Shown: positions 29,144-38,888, counted from the stretch's first letter. The stretch is DNA of 64,000 nucleotides from an uncultured Thermoplasmata archaeon (GCA_963768855.1 CAVYJM010000006.1:992001-1056000); one strand, 5' to 3'. The notes: generated from the sequence alone by a model not told the origin. Made by a program: numbers and translations.

Positions 29144-30088
29144 GTGCTGAACTACCGGCCCATGGGAAAGTCCGAACTCGAGGTGTCCGAGATCGGCTTC
29201 GGGATGTGGACCCTCGCCTCCGGGCGGTGGGGGGCCTTCGGGGAGGAGCAGGCCATCGACCTCCTGCGCAAGGCGTACGATGCGGGCATCAACTACTACG
29301 ACGTCTCGCCGACCGACGGAAACGGCCTGGGGGAACGGCTCCTGGGCAAGGCGTTCGCGGACAAGCGAGACCTCGTGATCATCTCGACGAAGGTCGGCTT
29401 CTCGGACGGCCGTCGGGACTTCTCGCCCGCATCCATCCGGAAGTCCGTCGACGAGAGCCTCGCCCGTCTCGGATCGACGTACATCGATGCGTTGCAGCTC
29501 CACTATCCGGATGCAGCCGCGGTGGGCAACCCCGCGCTGTGGCAGGTCCTCTCCGACCTCCGGACGGAAGGCAAGATCCGGTACTACGGGATCGCCCTGG
29601 GGCCGGGGGCGACGGGGATCGAGGAAGGCCGGATCGCAATGCGGAAGTACGATCTCGCGGTCATCCAGGTGTACTACAACCTACTCGAGCAGGAGGTCGG
29701 CCGGAAGTTCTTCCCGGTCGCCCTGGAGATCAAGCAGTCCATGGCGATTCGCGCTCCCCATGCGGGAGGCATCCTCGAAAGCGATCCTGCGACGGCGACG
29801 CGGTTTCCCGCGGACGGCGACCTTCTGGTCAAGGAGCTCGCATGGCTCGAGACTGCGGCGAGGCGCGCGGCGAGCCTCAAGTGGATCTACGAGAGCAAGG
29901 GGATGACGATGGAGCAGGCCGCGCTGAAGTTCGTCCTCTCCGAGGAGACCGTGGCCTCTGTGCTCCCCAACATCTACCGCGAGGACCAGCTGGCCACGTA
30001 CTCGGCGGTCTCGGACTTCGAGAACTTCTCCCAGGCGGAGCTCGGCGAAATCGCGGAGCAGTTCCGCAAGGGATTCGGCGTCGCGTGA
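29144..30088 (+). CDS. Aldo/keto reductase-fold protein
   Basis: SEIGFG, ISTKVG, SLARLGSTYIDALQLH, YNLLEQ. Confidence 0.9.
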   Translation: MLNYRPMGKSELEVSEIGFGMWTLASGRWGAFGEEQAIDLLRKAYDAGINYYDVSPTDGNGLGERLLGKAFADKRDLVIISTKVGFSDGRRDFSPASIRKSVDESLARLGSTYIDALQLHYPDAAAVGNPALWQVLSDLRTEGKIRYYGIALGPGATGIEEGRIAMRKYDLAVIQVYYNLLEQEVGRKFFPVALEIKQSMAIRAPHAGGILESDPATATRFPADGDLLVKELAWLETAARRAASLKWIYESKGMTMEQAALKFVLSEETVASVLPNIYREDQLATYSAVSDFENFSQAELGEIAEQFRKGFGVA

Positions 30089-30094
30089 GGCTCC

Positions 30095-30646
30095 ATGATC
30101 CTCGGCTACGTCGACTCGAACGACCGTCTCTACGATGTGGGCTTCGGGACGCTGAAGATGAAGATGCGGGTCGAGTCCCAGGCGGGCTCCGAGCACGTCC
30201 TGTTCTCGAAATCCTCCGGGGAAGGCGAGGTCTCCTTCCGCGTCCGCGCCGCCGAAGATGTGACCGTCTCCCTCGCGATGGACCATGACGGCCACCCTGT
30301 GCCCCTGCTCCGTCCGGTCGAGGGACGCGCCTACCGCCACGACGAGGGCCTCCTGTTCGTGGCGGCTCCCAAGAAGCGGGATCCGGTGGAACCCGGGTTC
30401 TTCCTCGTCCAGGTCCGGGCGATGCCGAGCGCCCTCAAGTTCTTCTTCGAGGACCAGGAAGGCACCGAATTCGTCTCCGTGCCCAACGACGAGTTCCTCC
30501 GCGTCGTCGAGGGCCCCGAGGCGACGACGGTCTACGTGACGGCCGAGAGCGTTGCCCTCCCTCAGGAGCGGATCGCGTACGCCCTGGAGCTCGCTCCGCC
30601 CCCGAAGGCGGCGACCCTCCTGGCCGGGTTGAAGATGTCTCGCTGA
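30095..30646 (+). CDS. Hypothetical protein
   Basis: 183-aa ORF 6 nt after the AKR gene with host-like codon use. Confidence 0.75.
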   Translation: MILGYVDSNDRLYDVGFGTLKMKMRVESQAGSEHVLFSKSSGEGEVSFRVRAAEDVTVSLAMDHDGHPVPLLRPVEGRAYRHDEGLLFVAAPKKRDPVEPGFFLVQVRAMPSALKFFFEDQEGTEFVSVPNDEFLRVVEGPEATTVYVTAESVALPQERIAYALELAPPPKAATLLAGLKMSR

Positions 30647-30698
30647 GCGCGACAAAAGCCTTACAACGAACGCGCCGCTTGGCGCGCCGAGGTCACTC

Positions 30699-30827
30699 AT
30701 GTCCTACGACATCGGGAACCTGGGCCTGAAGGGCGGCGGGAAGAGCAAGACGCTGCTCTATGTCGGCATCGCCGTGGTCGTCATCGTCGTCGTAGTCGTG
30801 GCCCTGTTCCTGACCAACGTCATCTGA
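30699..30827 (+). CDS. 42-aa membrane micro-protein
   Basis: MSYDIGNLGLKGGGKSKTLLYVGIAVVVIVVVVVALFLTNVI; GAGGT SD; below the ORF-track cutoff. Confidence 0.7.
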   Translation: MSYDIGNLGLKGGGKSKTLLYVGIAVVVIVVVVVALFLTNVI

Positions 30828-30953
30828 ACGGCGCGCATGCCTCGAGGCGGAAGCGGCCCACTGAGCGCCATACTCAATTCCGGTAATCACCGTTGATACG
30901 AACGGCGATACGCTCAACTCCCCCGAGGGAGAGGCATTCTACGGCCGCCCCCG

Positions 30954-31214
30954 ATGAAGGTCCAGCTCGATCCCGCCTCGAAGCGCATCCTGCTCGCGAT
31001 GCTCGCTAGCCCGAAGACACCGTCCGAGGTCAGTCGGATCTACGGCATCCCGGTCGCGGTCGTGTGGCAGAAGGTCGCGCGGCTGGAAGATCTCGGCCTC
31101 CTCCGCGAGATCTTCGCTTTCGTGGATGGGAGCGGGGCCCTGCGTCGCTACTTCGAGGCCGTCCTCCCCGTGGACGAATCCGAGGACGAACGCGAGCTCG
31201 TCCTCCAGATTTGA
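30954..31214 (+). CDS. Winged-helix regulator
   Basis: PKTPSEVSRIYGIPVAVVWQKVARLEDLGLL helix-turn-helix. Confidence 0.82.
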   Translation: MKVQLDPASKRILLAMLASPKTPSEVSRIYGIPVAVVWQKVARLEDLGLLREIFAFVDGSGALRRYFEAVLPVDESEDERELVLQI

Positions 31215-31305
31215 GGCGGACCGAAAACGACCCTGAGGCGAGGTTATTATCCCCGTCTCCAGATGAATGGCAGAACCCTTAAATACCGCCGGGATTATCG
31301 TCCGG

Positions 31306-31322
31306 GTGTCAACTTTTGACAC
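31306..31322. promoter_or_regulatory. Operator-like palindrome GTGTCAA-CTT-TTGACAC upstream of psmB
   Basis: Perfect 7-bp inverted repeat between the CTTAAATA TATA-like box (about 31279) and ATG 31345. Confidence 0.55.
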
Positions 31323-31344
31323 TTTTGGATACGGGAGTATAGCC

Positions 31345-31986
31345 ATGTCACATCTTTCCAGGGAAGTGGAGACCGGGACAACGACCCTCGGTCTCGTCTG
31401 CAAGGACGGGGTCATCTTGGCCGCGGACCGGCGGGCTACCGCGGGGAACCTGATCGCCCACAAGCGCACTCAGAAGGTCTATCGGCTCGATGACAACATC
31501 GGGCTGACGACGGCGGGCTTGGTCGGGGACCTTCAGACGCTCGCCCGGTACATCACCGCGGAGGTCGAGCTGTACAAGCTCAAGCGCAACGCGCCGATGC
31601 CAATCGAGGCCTGCGCGACCCTGACCGCGAACATCCTCTCCGGATCCCGATACTATCCGTACTGGGTCCAGCTGGTGATCGGGGGCATCGACCGCAACGG
31701 CGGTCACGTGTACTCCCTCGACGCCGCCGGCGGATCCCTCCCGGACAAGTTCGTGTCCACGGGCTCCGGCAGCCCCTTCGTCTACGGGGTCCTTGAGGAC
31801 CACTGGAAGGACGACATGACCATCAACGAGGGAGCGGACCTCGCCATCCGCTGCATCACCGCCAGCATGAAGCGGGATTCGGCCTCCGGCGAAGGGATCG
31901 ACGTCGCCCTCATCACGAAGGACGGTTACAAGCTACTCGACGACAAGGAAGTGGAGAAGCGCAAGGCCGCGATGAAGCTGACCTGA
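31345..31986 (+). CDS. psmB: Proteasome subunit beta
   Basis: Propeptide then TG|TTT, AADRRATAG, GSGSPF, RDSASG. Confidence 0.97.
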   Translation: MSHLSREVETGTTTLGLVCKDGVILAADRRATAGNLIAHKRTQKVYRLDDNIGLTTAGLVGDLQTLARYITAEVELYKLKRNAPMPIEACATLTANILSGSRYYPYWVQLVIGGIDRNGGHVYSLDAAGGSLPDKFVSTGSGSPFVYGVLEDHWKDDMTINEGADLAIRCITASMKRDSASGEGIDVALITKDGYKLLDDKEVEKRKAAMKLT

Positions 31987-32020
31987 GCGCCCCGTGGGCC
32001 ATGAGCCCAAGTGGGATTCG

Positions 32021-33928
32021 ATGAGCATCGAAGACATTCTGAGCGACGCGAGGAGCGTCGTCAAGAAGGTGGTCCCCGACCACGTGGAGATCACCCAGGT
32101 GGACTTCGAAGGCCCCACGATCGTGATCTACACGAAGAACATGGAGGCCTTCGCGGAGTCGAACGAGCTGGTACGCCAGATCGCCCAGCAGCTCCGGCGC
32201 CGCATCATCGTCCGCCCGGACCCGTCCCTCCTGGCGACCCAGGAAGACGCCGAGAAGGTCATCCGCGAGCTCATCCCGCCCGAAGCCCAGATTACCGGAA
32301 TCTACTTCGAGACGGAGACGGGCGAGGTCTCGATTGAAGCCCTGAGCCCCGGCATGGTCATCGGCCGGCACGGGCAGCTTCTCAACGAGATCAAGAAGAA
32401 GATCGGGTGGGCGCCCAAGGTCGTTCGCACGCCGCCGATCCCCTCGAAGACGGTCGAGGAGATTCGCCAGTACCTGCGCACGATCAACGACGAGCGCCAG
32501 ACCTTCCTCAAACAGGTTGGCCGCAAGCTCGCGCGGGAGATCCCCGCGGGAGACAACTACGTGCGGATCACGGCCCTCGGCGGCTTCCGCCAGGTCGGGC
32601 GCTCCTGCGCCCTCCTGAGCACGAAGGAGTCGAAGGTTCTCATCGACTGCGGCGTCCTCATTTCCGAGGACAACGGATCGCCGTATCTGAACGCTCCGGA
32701 GGTCTTGCCCCTGTCGTCGATCGACGCGGTCGTCATCACCCACGCCCACTTGGACCACTCGGGGCTCGTGCCGGCGTTGTTCAAGTACGGGTACGAGGGG
32801 CCCATTTACACGACGCCACCGACGAGGGACCTCATGTCCCTCTTGCAACTCGACTTCATCAAGGTCGCGATGGGAGAGGCCCGGAAGTCCGCCTACGAGT
32901 CGCAACACGTCCGCAAGGCCGTCGCGAACACGATCCCCCTGAAGTACGGCGAGACGACGGACATCGCTCCCGACGTCCGGTTGACGTTCCAGAACGCGGG
33001 CCACATCCTGGGCTCCGCTCTCGCCCACTTCCACATCGGCGACGGCCTGTACAACATCGCGATGTCCGGAGACATCAAGTTCGAGAAGACGTGGCTTTTC
33101 AACCCTGCGGTGAACAAGTTCCCGCGGCTCGAGACCCTGGTCCTGGAGTCGACCTACGGTGGGTACCACGACGTGCAGCCGTCGCGCCACGAGGCCTCGC
33201 AGCAGATCAAGGAGATCGCCCGGCGCGTGTTGAACCGGGGCGGCAAGATGCTCGTCCCCGTCTTCGCGGTCGGCCGGTCCCAGGAGGTCATGCTCGTCCT
33301 CGAGGACGCGATGCGGAACCACCAGATCCCCGAGGTCCCCATCTACCTGGACGGGATGATCTGGGAGGCCACGGCGATCCACACAGCCTACCCGGAGTAT
33401 CTGAACAGCCAGCTCCGCACGGAGATCTTCCAGAGCGGGGAGAATCCGTTCCTGTCGCCCTCCTTCAAACGGGTCGAGACGGCGGACATGCGAGCGAACA
33501 TCATCGACGACGTCGAGCCGTGCATCGTCTTGGCGACGAGCGGCATGATGTCGGGCGGCCCCGTCCTCGAATACTTCAAGGGCTGGGCGGACAACCCGCT
33601 CCACGCGCTGATCTTCGTCGGATTCCAGTCCGAGGGCTCCCTCGGGCGGCGCATTCAGCGCGAGGCCCGCGAGGTCACTCTCAACGACCGCGGCCAGCCG
33701 CTCACCCTCCCGATCAAGATGGACCTCGAGACAATCGACGGATTCTCCGGCCACTCGGACCGCCTCCAGCTCCTGAACTTCGTGGGCACGATGGAGCCTC
33801 GTCCCGAGCGGATCATCGTGAACCATGGCGAGGAGTACAAGTGCGCGGACCTCGCGTCGGGCCTCTACAAGAAGTTCGGCATCGAGACGCGAGCACCGAT
33901 GAACCTCGAGACGATCCGCCTCAAGTGA
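32021..33928 (+). CDS. aCPSF1/FttA KH-domain beta-CASP ribonuclease
   Basis: KH domains, THAHLDHSG, ESTYG, GFSGHSD; psmB-aCPSF1 is a known archaeal synteny. Confidence 0.96.
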   Translation: MSIEDILSDARSVVKKVVPDHVEITQVDFEGPTIVIYTKNMEAFAESNELVRQIAQQLRRRIIVRPDPSLLATQEDAEKVIRELIPPEAQITGIYFETETGEVSIEALSPGMVIGRHGQLLNEIKKKIGWAPKVVRTPPIPSKTVEEIRQYLRTINDERQTFLKQVGRKLAREIPAGDNYVRITALGGFRQVGRSCALLSTKESKVLIDCGVLISEDNGSPYLNAPEVLPLSSIDAVVITHAHLDHSGLVPALFKYGYEGPIYTTPPTRDLMSLLQLDFIKVAMGEARKSAYESQHVRKAVANTIPLKYGETTDIAPDVRLTFQNAGHILGSALAHFHIGDGLYNIAMSGDIKFEKTWLFNPAVNKFPRLETLVLESTYGGYHDVQPSRHEASQQIKEIARRVLNRGGKMLVPVFAVGRSQEVMLVLEDAMRNHQIPEVPIYLDGMIWEATAIHTAYPEYLNSQLRTEIFQSGENPFLSPSFKRVETADMRANIIDDVEPCIVLATSGMMSGGPVLEYFKGWADNPLHALIFVGFQSEGSLGRRIQREAREVTLNDRGQPLTLPIKMDLETIDGFSGHSDRLQLLNFVGTMEPRPERIIVNHGEEYKCADLASGLYKKFGIETRAPMNLETIRLK

Positions 33929-33936
33929 GGCTGACC

Positions 33937-34452
33937 ATGGCCGCGCCGCCGAACGCCCCTGGGCCCGCATGGGCACGTCGCGTCCAAGGGTGGTCTTTCC
34001 TCCTGTTCTTCGTCTCGCTCATCGCCCTGACCTTCGTGGCGGTCGAGTTTTGGAACGCCCACGATCTCGTGATGAGCGGCTACTTCGCGGGGCTCGCGTC
34101 CGTCGCGCCGCTCCTCCTGGTCGTCCTCGTCTACTACGGGCGCCCCCTATGGGGGATCACGGTCCCGCTCTCGCCAGGAGCGGTTGCCGGGGCTCTGGCC
34201 TCGGCCGCCCACGGCCGGCGCGTCGAGCCCGTGGCTGAGCGCGAGGGGCCATTCGCGCGTTGCGTCTCTGTCGTCCGCTTCGAAGAGCCTGCGTGCACGA
34301 TCGGCTGGTCCGCGGTCCCTCCCGCGCTGGGTGTCTCGCCTGCAGAAGCAACGTCGGTCGTCCTCCGCCCGGAGACGCGGGACCGGAGGGCCCTCGCTGC
34401 GCTCCGGGAATCGCTCGCCCGGTCCCTGCTCGACGCGGCGCGGCCCGCCTAG
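33937..34452 (+). CDS. Hypothetical membrane protein
   Basis: Two N-terminal TM helices. Confidence 0.65.
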   Translation: MAAPPNAPGPAWARRVQGWSFLLFFVSLIALTFVAVEFWNAHDLVMSGYFAGLASVAPLLLVVLVYYGRPLWGITVPLSPGAVAGALASAAHGRRVEPVAEREGPFARCVSVVRFEEPACTIGWSAVPPALGVSPAEATSVVLRPETRDRRALAALRESLARSLLDAARPA

Positions 34453-34742
34453 AGGCACATGTAGTCGAGCCACGACTGGAGCGCATCGTGAGCGGCCTCG
34501 AGGTCGAGGACCTGTTCCTCCGTCCCGTCGCACACCGCGAACCGCTCCAGGACGACGCGCTCGCCCACCTTCCGGAAGTCGAGGCGTAGGCAGGGCACGG
34601 CGCCGGGGCGGTCCGGCTCGCTGAACCAAGGTTCGAACGCGAGGGAGACGCGGTCCTCGCGGTCCTCGATGCAGTACCCGCGGACGCGGCAGAGGCCCTG
34701 GCGGAATCCCTCGTAGGGAGCCGAGATGGCCTCGGGAGTCAT
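34449..34742 (-). CDS. Hypothetical protein
   Basis: 97-aa ORF convergent with the upstream gene. Confidence 0.6.
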   Translation of the reverse strand: MTPEAISAPYEGFRQGLCRVRGYCIEDREDRVSLAFEPWFSEPDRPGAVPCLRLDFRKVGERVVLERFAVCDGTEEQVLDLEAAHDALQSWLDYMCL

Positions 34743-34849
34743 CGGTTGTCCCGGAACGTCGTTCCCCTCCGAAGAACGCTGTGCAAGTACTGTTGCGAGC
34801 GATTCCCTCCGGGGGAAACCTTTTGGCCTGGCTCGCGTTCGGCCCCGTG

Positions 34850-35308
34850 ATGCGGCCTCACTACGAGAAGGTGAAGGATCGCATGCCGCCGGAAGCGTTC
34901 GACCGCGAGATCGACGAGACGGCCCGCGCCTGGGGGGGCCTCCTGGACCGGGATGCCGCGGCGATGGTCGTCGTGGAACGGCACGGCGGCAGCGTCGCGG
35001 CCTTCCAGGCGATCAAGGACCTCGAGGAGGGCGGGGAGGCGAACCTCCGCGCGAAGGTGGTTGGGCTATCGCCCGTCCGCACGTTCACCCGCCAGGACGG
35101 CAGCCCGGGCCGCGTCGTGAACCTCGAGCTCCGTGACGACAGCGGGTTCTGCCGCATGCCGCTGTGGGACGAGGACGTCGCCCTCGTCGAGAAGGGACAG
35201 GTCGCAGTCGGCAAGACCGTGCGGGCGATCGACTGCTTCGTCAAGCGCACGAACTTCGGACTCGAGGTCGGCCGGGGTAAGTTTGGTGCGCTCCTCGTGG
35301 AGGAATGA
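34850..35308 (+). CDS. OB-fold nucleic-acid-binding protein (RPA-like)
   Basis: VRTFTRQDGSPGRVVNLELRDDSG...LWD, an RPA-type OB fold. Confidence 0.85.
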   Translation: MRPHYEKVKDRMPPEAFDREIDETARAWGGLLDRDAAAMVVVERHGGSVAAFQAIKDLEEGGEANLRAKVVGLSPVRTFTRQDGSPGRVVNLELRDDSGFCRMPLWDEDVALVEKGQVAVGKTVRAIDCFVKRTNFGLEVGRGKFGALLVEE

Positions 35309-35309
35309 G

Positions 35310-35867
35310 ATGGCCGAGGCCGCGACCGAGGTGCGCATGGCCCCGTCCTGGATGTACGTGAACGAGCTGCGACTGGTCACCGTGGTCCTCGGTGCCGCCA
35401 TCGTCGTGCTCGGCATCGGGTTGCTCGTCTTCCTGGTGGATGGTCCCGAGCAGATGGACACGGTCGACGTGCTCCTCGGCACCGGGGTCTTCTTCATCCT
35501 GTTCACGGTCTTCCTCTTCGTACCGCGGCTCCGGAGCCGCGGCGCAATGAGCTTCACCCTTCTCGTGGAGCATTCGATGGACGAGGTGGAGATCGCCGTC
35601 ACCGAGGCCTTGCAGGCGAGCGGCCGAAAGGCGCACGTCGAGGTTCAGAAGTCGCGCTTCCAGCGGCCGCCCCGCGAAGTAGCGATTGATGGGCTCACGT
35701 GGAGGTTCTCCCTCCGGGCCGCGCCGTACCGCGAGAGCCGGGCGGAGGGGACCCCGTGGACGGAGATCGTGCAGACGGGACTCCAAAAGGAGGAAGATGA
35801 GGTCGCCCGCGACCTCCGGGAGCGGGTCCTGAGCCGCCTGGCGACCTCGAATTCGGTGCAGAGCTAG
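35310..35867 (+). CDS. Hypothetical membrane protein
   Basis: Two TM helices; starts 1 nt after the OB-fold gene. Confidence 0.7.
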   Translation: MAEAATEVRMAPSWMYVNELRLVTVVLGAAIVVLGIGLLVFLVDGPEQMDTVDVLLGTGVFFILFTVFLFVPRLRSRGAMSFTLLVEHSMDEVEIAVTEALQASGRKAHVEVQKSRFQRPPREVAIDGLTWRFSLRAAPYRESRAEGTPWTEIVQTGLQKEEDEVARDLRERVLSRLATSNSVQS

Positions 35868-35874
35868 GCCGACG

Positions 35875-37539
35875 TCACATGCCCATGCCGGGCATGCCGC
35901 CCATGCCGCCGCCGTGCTCGTGGCCGCCGGCGCCGGGGGGCGGCGTCGGGCTCTTCCTCGAGGCGATGACGTCGTCGATGCGGAGGATCATGCTCGCGAC
36001 CTCGGTCGCAGACTGGAGCGCCTGGGTCTTGACCCGAAGCGGTTCGATGATGTTCGCCTTGAGCATGTCTTGGGGTTCACCCGTGAGGACGTTGACGCCC
36101 ATGTTCTTGCCCGACTTCTTCCCGTGCTCGGATCGAAGCTTGATCAGGACGTTGATCGGATCCAACCCCGCGTTCTCCCCGAGGGTCCTCGGGATAACGT
36201 CTAGGGCGTTCGCGAACGCCTCGATGGCGAGCTGCTCGCGTCCGCCGACGTTGGCCCCGTAGTCCTTCAGGCCGAGGGTCAGCTCGATTTCTGCAGCGCC
36301 GCCGCCCGGGAGCGCCTTACCGTCCTCGACGCCTGCGGACACGACGCGCAGCGCGTCGTGGAGGATGCGCTCGACCTCGTCGACCACATGCTCCGTGCCG
36401 CCGCGAATCAGGATCGAGACCGCGTGGGCGCTCTTGCAGCCCGTGACGAACGTGAGCTCGTCCGGCCCGACCTTGCGCTCCTCGACCAGCTCGGCGTGTC
36501 CGAGCTCCTTCGCGGTGAGGTCGTCCAGGTTCGTGATGATCCGGCCGCCCGTGGCCTTCGCGAGCTTCTTCATGTCGCTCTCCTTGACCCGCCGGACCGC
36601 ATACATGCCGGCCTGGGCCAGGTAGTGCTGCACAAGGTCGTCGACTCCCTTCTGGCAGAGGACCACGTTCGCACCGGAGGCTTTGATCTTGTCCACGAGG
36701 TTCTTGAGCCCCTTCTCTTCCTCGTCGAGGAACTTCTGGAGCTGATGAGGGTCGCGGATGCGAATCTCCTCGCTGACCTCGGTCTTCTTGACCTCGAGGG
36801 CGCGGTTGATGAGCGCGATCTTGGCCCCGCGCACGAACTTGGGCATCCGCGGGTGGACGCGCTCCTTGTCGAGGACGACGCCATCGATGAGAGAGGTCTC
36901 CCGGATGTCGCCGCCGTGCTTCTTCTGGACGAGGATGTTGTCCACGTCCGCCCGGGTCTCCCCCGCGACCTCTTCGATGATGGACAGGACCGCGTCCACG
37001 GCGATGTTCGCGAGGAAGTCGCTGCTGTCCCCGACACTCCGGCCGCTCATCGCGGTGCGGGCGATAGACCGCAAGGTCTCCTTGTCCGTGCGCTTCACGT
37101 CGAAGGCGATGTCTTGGAGGCGCCGCACAGCCTCCTGCTCGGCCATCCGGTAACCGTTCACGATGATGGTCGGGTGGACCTCCTGCTCGATGAGCCGCTC
37201 CGCCATCTTGAGGAGCTCGCCCGCGATGACCACGGCGCTCGTCGTCCCGTCGCCGACCTCGTCGTCCTGGGTCTTCGCGACCTCGACGATCATCTTCGCC
37301 GCTGGATGTTCAATCTCAATCTCCTTGAGGATCGTCACGCCGTCGTTCGTGATCGTCACGTCGCCGAGGGAGTCGACGAGCATCTTATCCATGCCCTTCG
37401 GGCCCAACGTCGACTTGACGGCGTCCGCGACGGCGCGAGCCGCCGCGATGTTGTTGTGCACCGCACCGGTGCCCTTCTCTCTGTCCGTCCCCTCTTTGAG
37501 GATGATGACCGGCTGTCCCTGCATCATTGGAATTCCCAT
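35875..37539 (-). CDS. Thermosome (group II chaperonin) subunit
   Basis: [23 protein letters not shown]-terminal GGM repeats. Alpha versus beta not resolved. Confidence 0.98.
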   Translation of the reverse strand: MGIPMMQGQPVIILKEGTDREKGTGAVHNNIAAARAVADAVKSTLGPKGMDKMLVDSLGDVTITNDGVTILKEIEIEHPAAKMIVEVAKTQDDEVGDGTTSAVVIAGELLKMAERLIEQEVHPTIIVNGYRMAEQEAVRRLQDIAFDVKRTDKETLRSIARTAMSGRSVGDSSDFLANIAVDAVLSIIEEVAGETRADVDNILVQKKHGGDIRETSLIDGVVLDKERVHPRMPKFVRGAKIALINRALEVKKTEVSEEIRIRDPHQLQKFLDEEEKGLKNLVDKIKASGANVVLCQKGVDDLVQHYLAQAGMYAVRRVKESDMKKLAKATGGRIITNLDDLTAKELGHAELVEERKVGPDELTFVTGCKSAHAVSILIRGGTEHVVDEVERILHDALRVVSAGVEDGKALPGGGAAEIELTLGLKDYGANVGGREQLAIEAFANALDVIPRTLGENAGLDPINVLIKLRSEHGKKSGKNMGVNVLTGEPQDMLKANIIEPLRVKTQALQSATEVASMILRIDDVIASRKSPTPPPGAGGHEHGGGMGGMPGMGM

Positions 37540-37641
37540 TCGTCTATGCTAGGGCTTCTATATGAACGTTCCCCCCTTCGCCTCCTGCTGGGCCCGTTCC
37601 CGCCCGTCCGGTGGACCGGCCGCCCGTGCGGGGCCGAACAC

Positions 37642-37716
37642 TCAGATTGCCTCGCCGCATTCGTCGCAGGACTTCGCGCTCTCCCCGTCGAGGTGGCCGC
37701 AGTCCTGGCACCTCAC
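37642..37716 (-). CDS. Putative 24-aa zinc-ribbon micro-protein
   Basis: GTG start MRCQDCGHLDGESAKSCDECGEAI: two CxxCG knuckles; GAGG-like SD. Confidence 0.5.
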   Translation of the reverse strand: MRCQDCGHLDGESAKSCDECGEAI

Positions 37717-37816
37717 GCTGATGACCTCTGCACTCCCCCGGCGCCCGACCTGGTCATGTCGGGACGCGCGGAAGTTTATATCGAACCGGGAGATTGACTT
37801 CGCTGCAGGTGAGTAG

Positions 37817-38143
37817 ATGGCTGACAAGCCCGTTCATGTTACCGATGCAGAGTTCGACAAGGTGGTCAAGGAGAATCCCTACGTCGTCGTCGATTTCTGG
37901 GCCGAGTGGTGCGCTCCCTGCCGCGCGATCGCCCCCACGATCGAGGAGCTCGCCAAGAAGTACAACGGCAAGGTCACGTTCGCCAAAGTGAACAGCGACG
38001 AGAACCCGAAGACCGTCCAGCAGTTCATGATCATGGGCATCCCGACCCTGCTGTTCTTCAAGGCCGGGAAGCTCGTCGACCAGGTCGTCGGCGCGATGCC
38101 GCGCGGGCCCCTCGAGGAACGTGTCAAGAAGCACCTCGCGTGA
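37817..38143 (+). CDS. trxA: Thioredoxin
   Basis: DFWAEWCAPC, IPT. Confidence 0.96.
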   Translation: MADKPVHVTDAEFDKVVKENPYVVVDFWAEWCAPCRAIAPTIEELAKKYNGKVTFAKVNSDENPKTVQQFMIMGIPTLLFFKAGKLVDQVVGAMPRGPLEERVKKHLA

Positions 38144-38189
38144 CGACATTTAGAAGTACCTAAACTTCGCTCTTTGGAGACGAGGAACC

Positions 38190-38348
38190 ATGAGCTCCGT
38201 CATCGAGACCCTCGCGAGCAAGAAGAAGCCGGCCGTGGCCCCGCTCACGATGCTCCTGCCGGTCGTCCAGAAGGAGCACGAGGGCGGCTGCGGGGACCAG
38301 TGCGGCTGCGGTCAGGACGAGGCGGAAGGCGGCTGCTGCGGCGGTTGA
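38190..38348 (+). CDS. 52-aa peptide with Cys/Gly-rich C-terminus
   Basis: MSSVIETLASKKKPAVAPLTMLLPVVQKEHEGGCGDQCGCGQDEAEGGCCGG; GAGGA SD; host-like codons. Confidence 0.75.
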   Translation: MSSVIETLASKKKPAVAPLTMLLPVVQKEHEGGCGDQCGCGQDEAEGGCCGG

Positions 38349-38444
38349 ACTCCGCCGACAGCCATCTTCGTGTTTGACGATTTGAGAATCAGTGCGGATA
38401 ACCGTCTATCCGCGGTTCATATACCATCTCACTCCTCGATTCCA

Positions 38445-38831
38445 TTGCAACGAGGAGGAAGAGATACGGACCCTCTGGAAGCATCTCGTCTCGTGACCGA
38501 CGAGTACTCGGCCAAGATTCTGGTGGCCACCTTCAAGAAGCCGAAGTCCGCCATCGATCTGAGCCGGGAATACGGCATCCCGATCGCAGCCTGCTACCGC
38601 CGCATCCACGCCCTGGAACGCGCCGGCCTGATTCGCTGCACGGAGCGGGCGCTCACCCAGAAGGGCAAGCGGATCTCCCTCTACATGTCCCAGCTCAAGA
38701 ACGCGTACATCTTCTTCGAGAACGGCCGCCTCCGCGTCCGCTTCCAGCTTGCGACCGGGATCACGAAGGACTTCGGCGGCGACTGGAAGGCAGTCGACGT
38801 CGTCGAACCAGAGCCCACCCTCTACCACTAA
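38445..38831 (+). CDS. Winged-helix regulator, paralog of 30954-31214
   Basis: PKSAIDLSREYGIPIAACYRRIHALERAGLI. Start is TTG 38445 or ACG 38466. Confidence 0.85.
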   Translation: MQRGGRDTDPLEASRLVTDEYSAKILVATFKKPKSAIDLSREYGIPIAACYRRIHALERAGLIRCTERALTQKGKRISLYMSQLKNAYIFFENGRLRVRFQLATGITKDFGGDWKAVDVVEPEPTLYH

Positions 38832-38850
38832 CCCCTCCTCCACAACCCAC

Positions 38851-38888
38851 AGGCAGGACCGAGAACCCCTCGTCCTGCCTCTTTTATT
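38851..38888 (+). terminator. Hairpin plus T-rich tract
   Basis: AGGCAGGAC/GTCCTGCCT 9-bp stem followed by CTTTTATT, just after the wHTH stop. Confidence 0.55.

Noticed and set aside
37424-37539. Thermosome GGM tail and PPIase Lys/Glu/Pro tail (actual locations 35878-35940 and 14473-14660) as repeat elements
   Set aside because: Ordinary low-complexity protein tails, not DNA repeat features.
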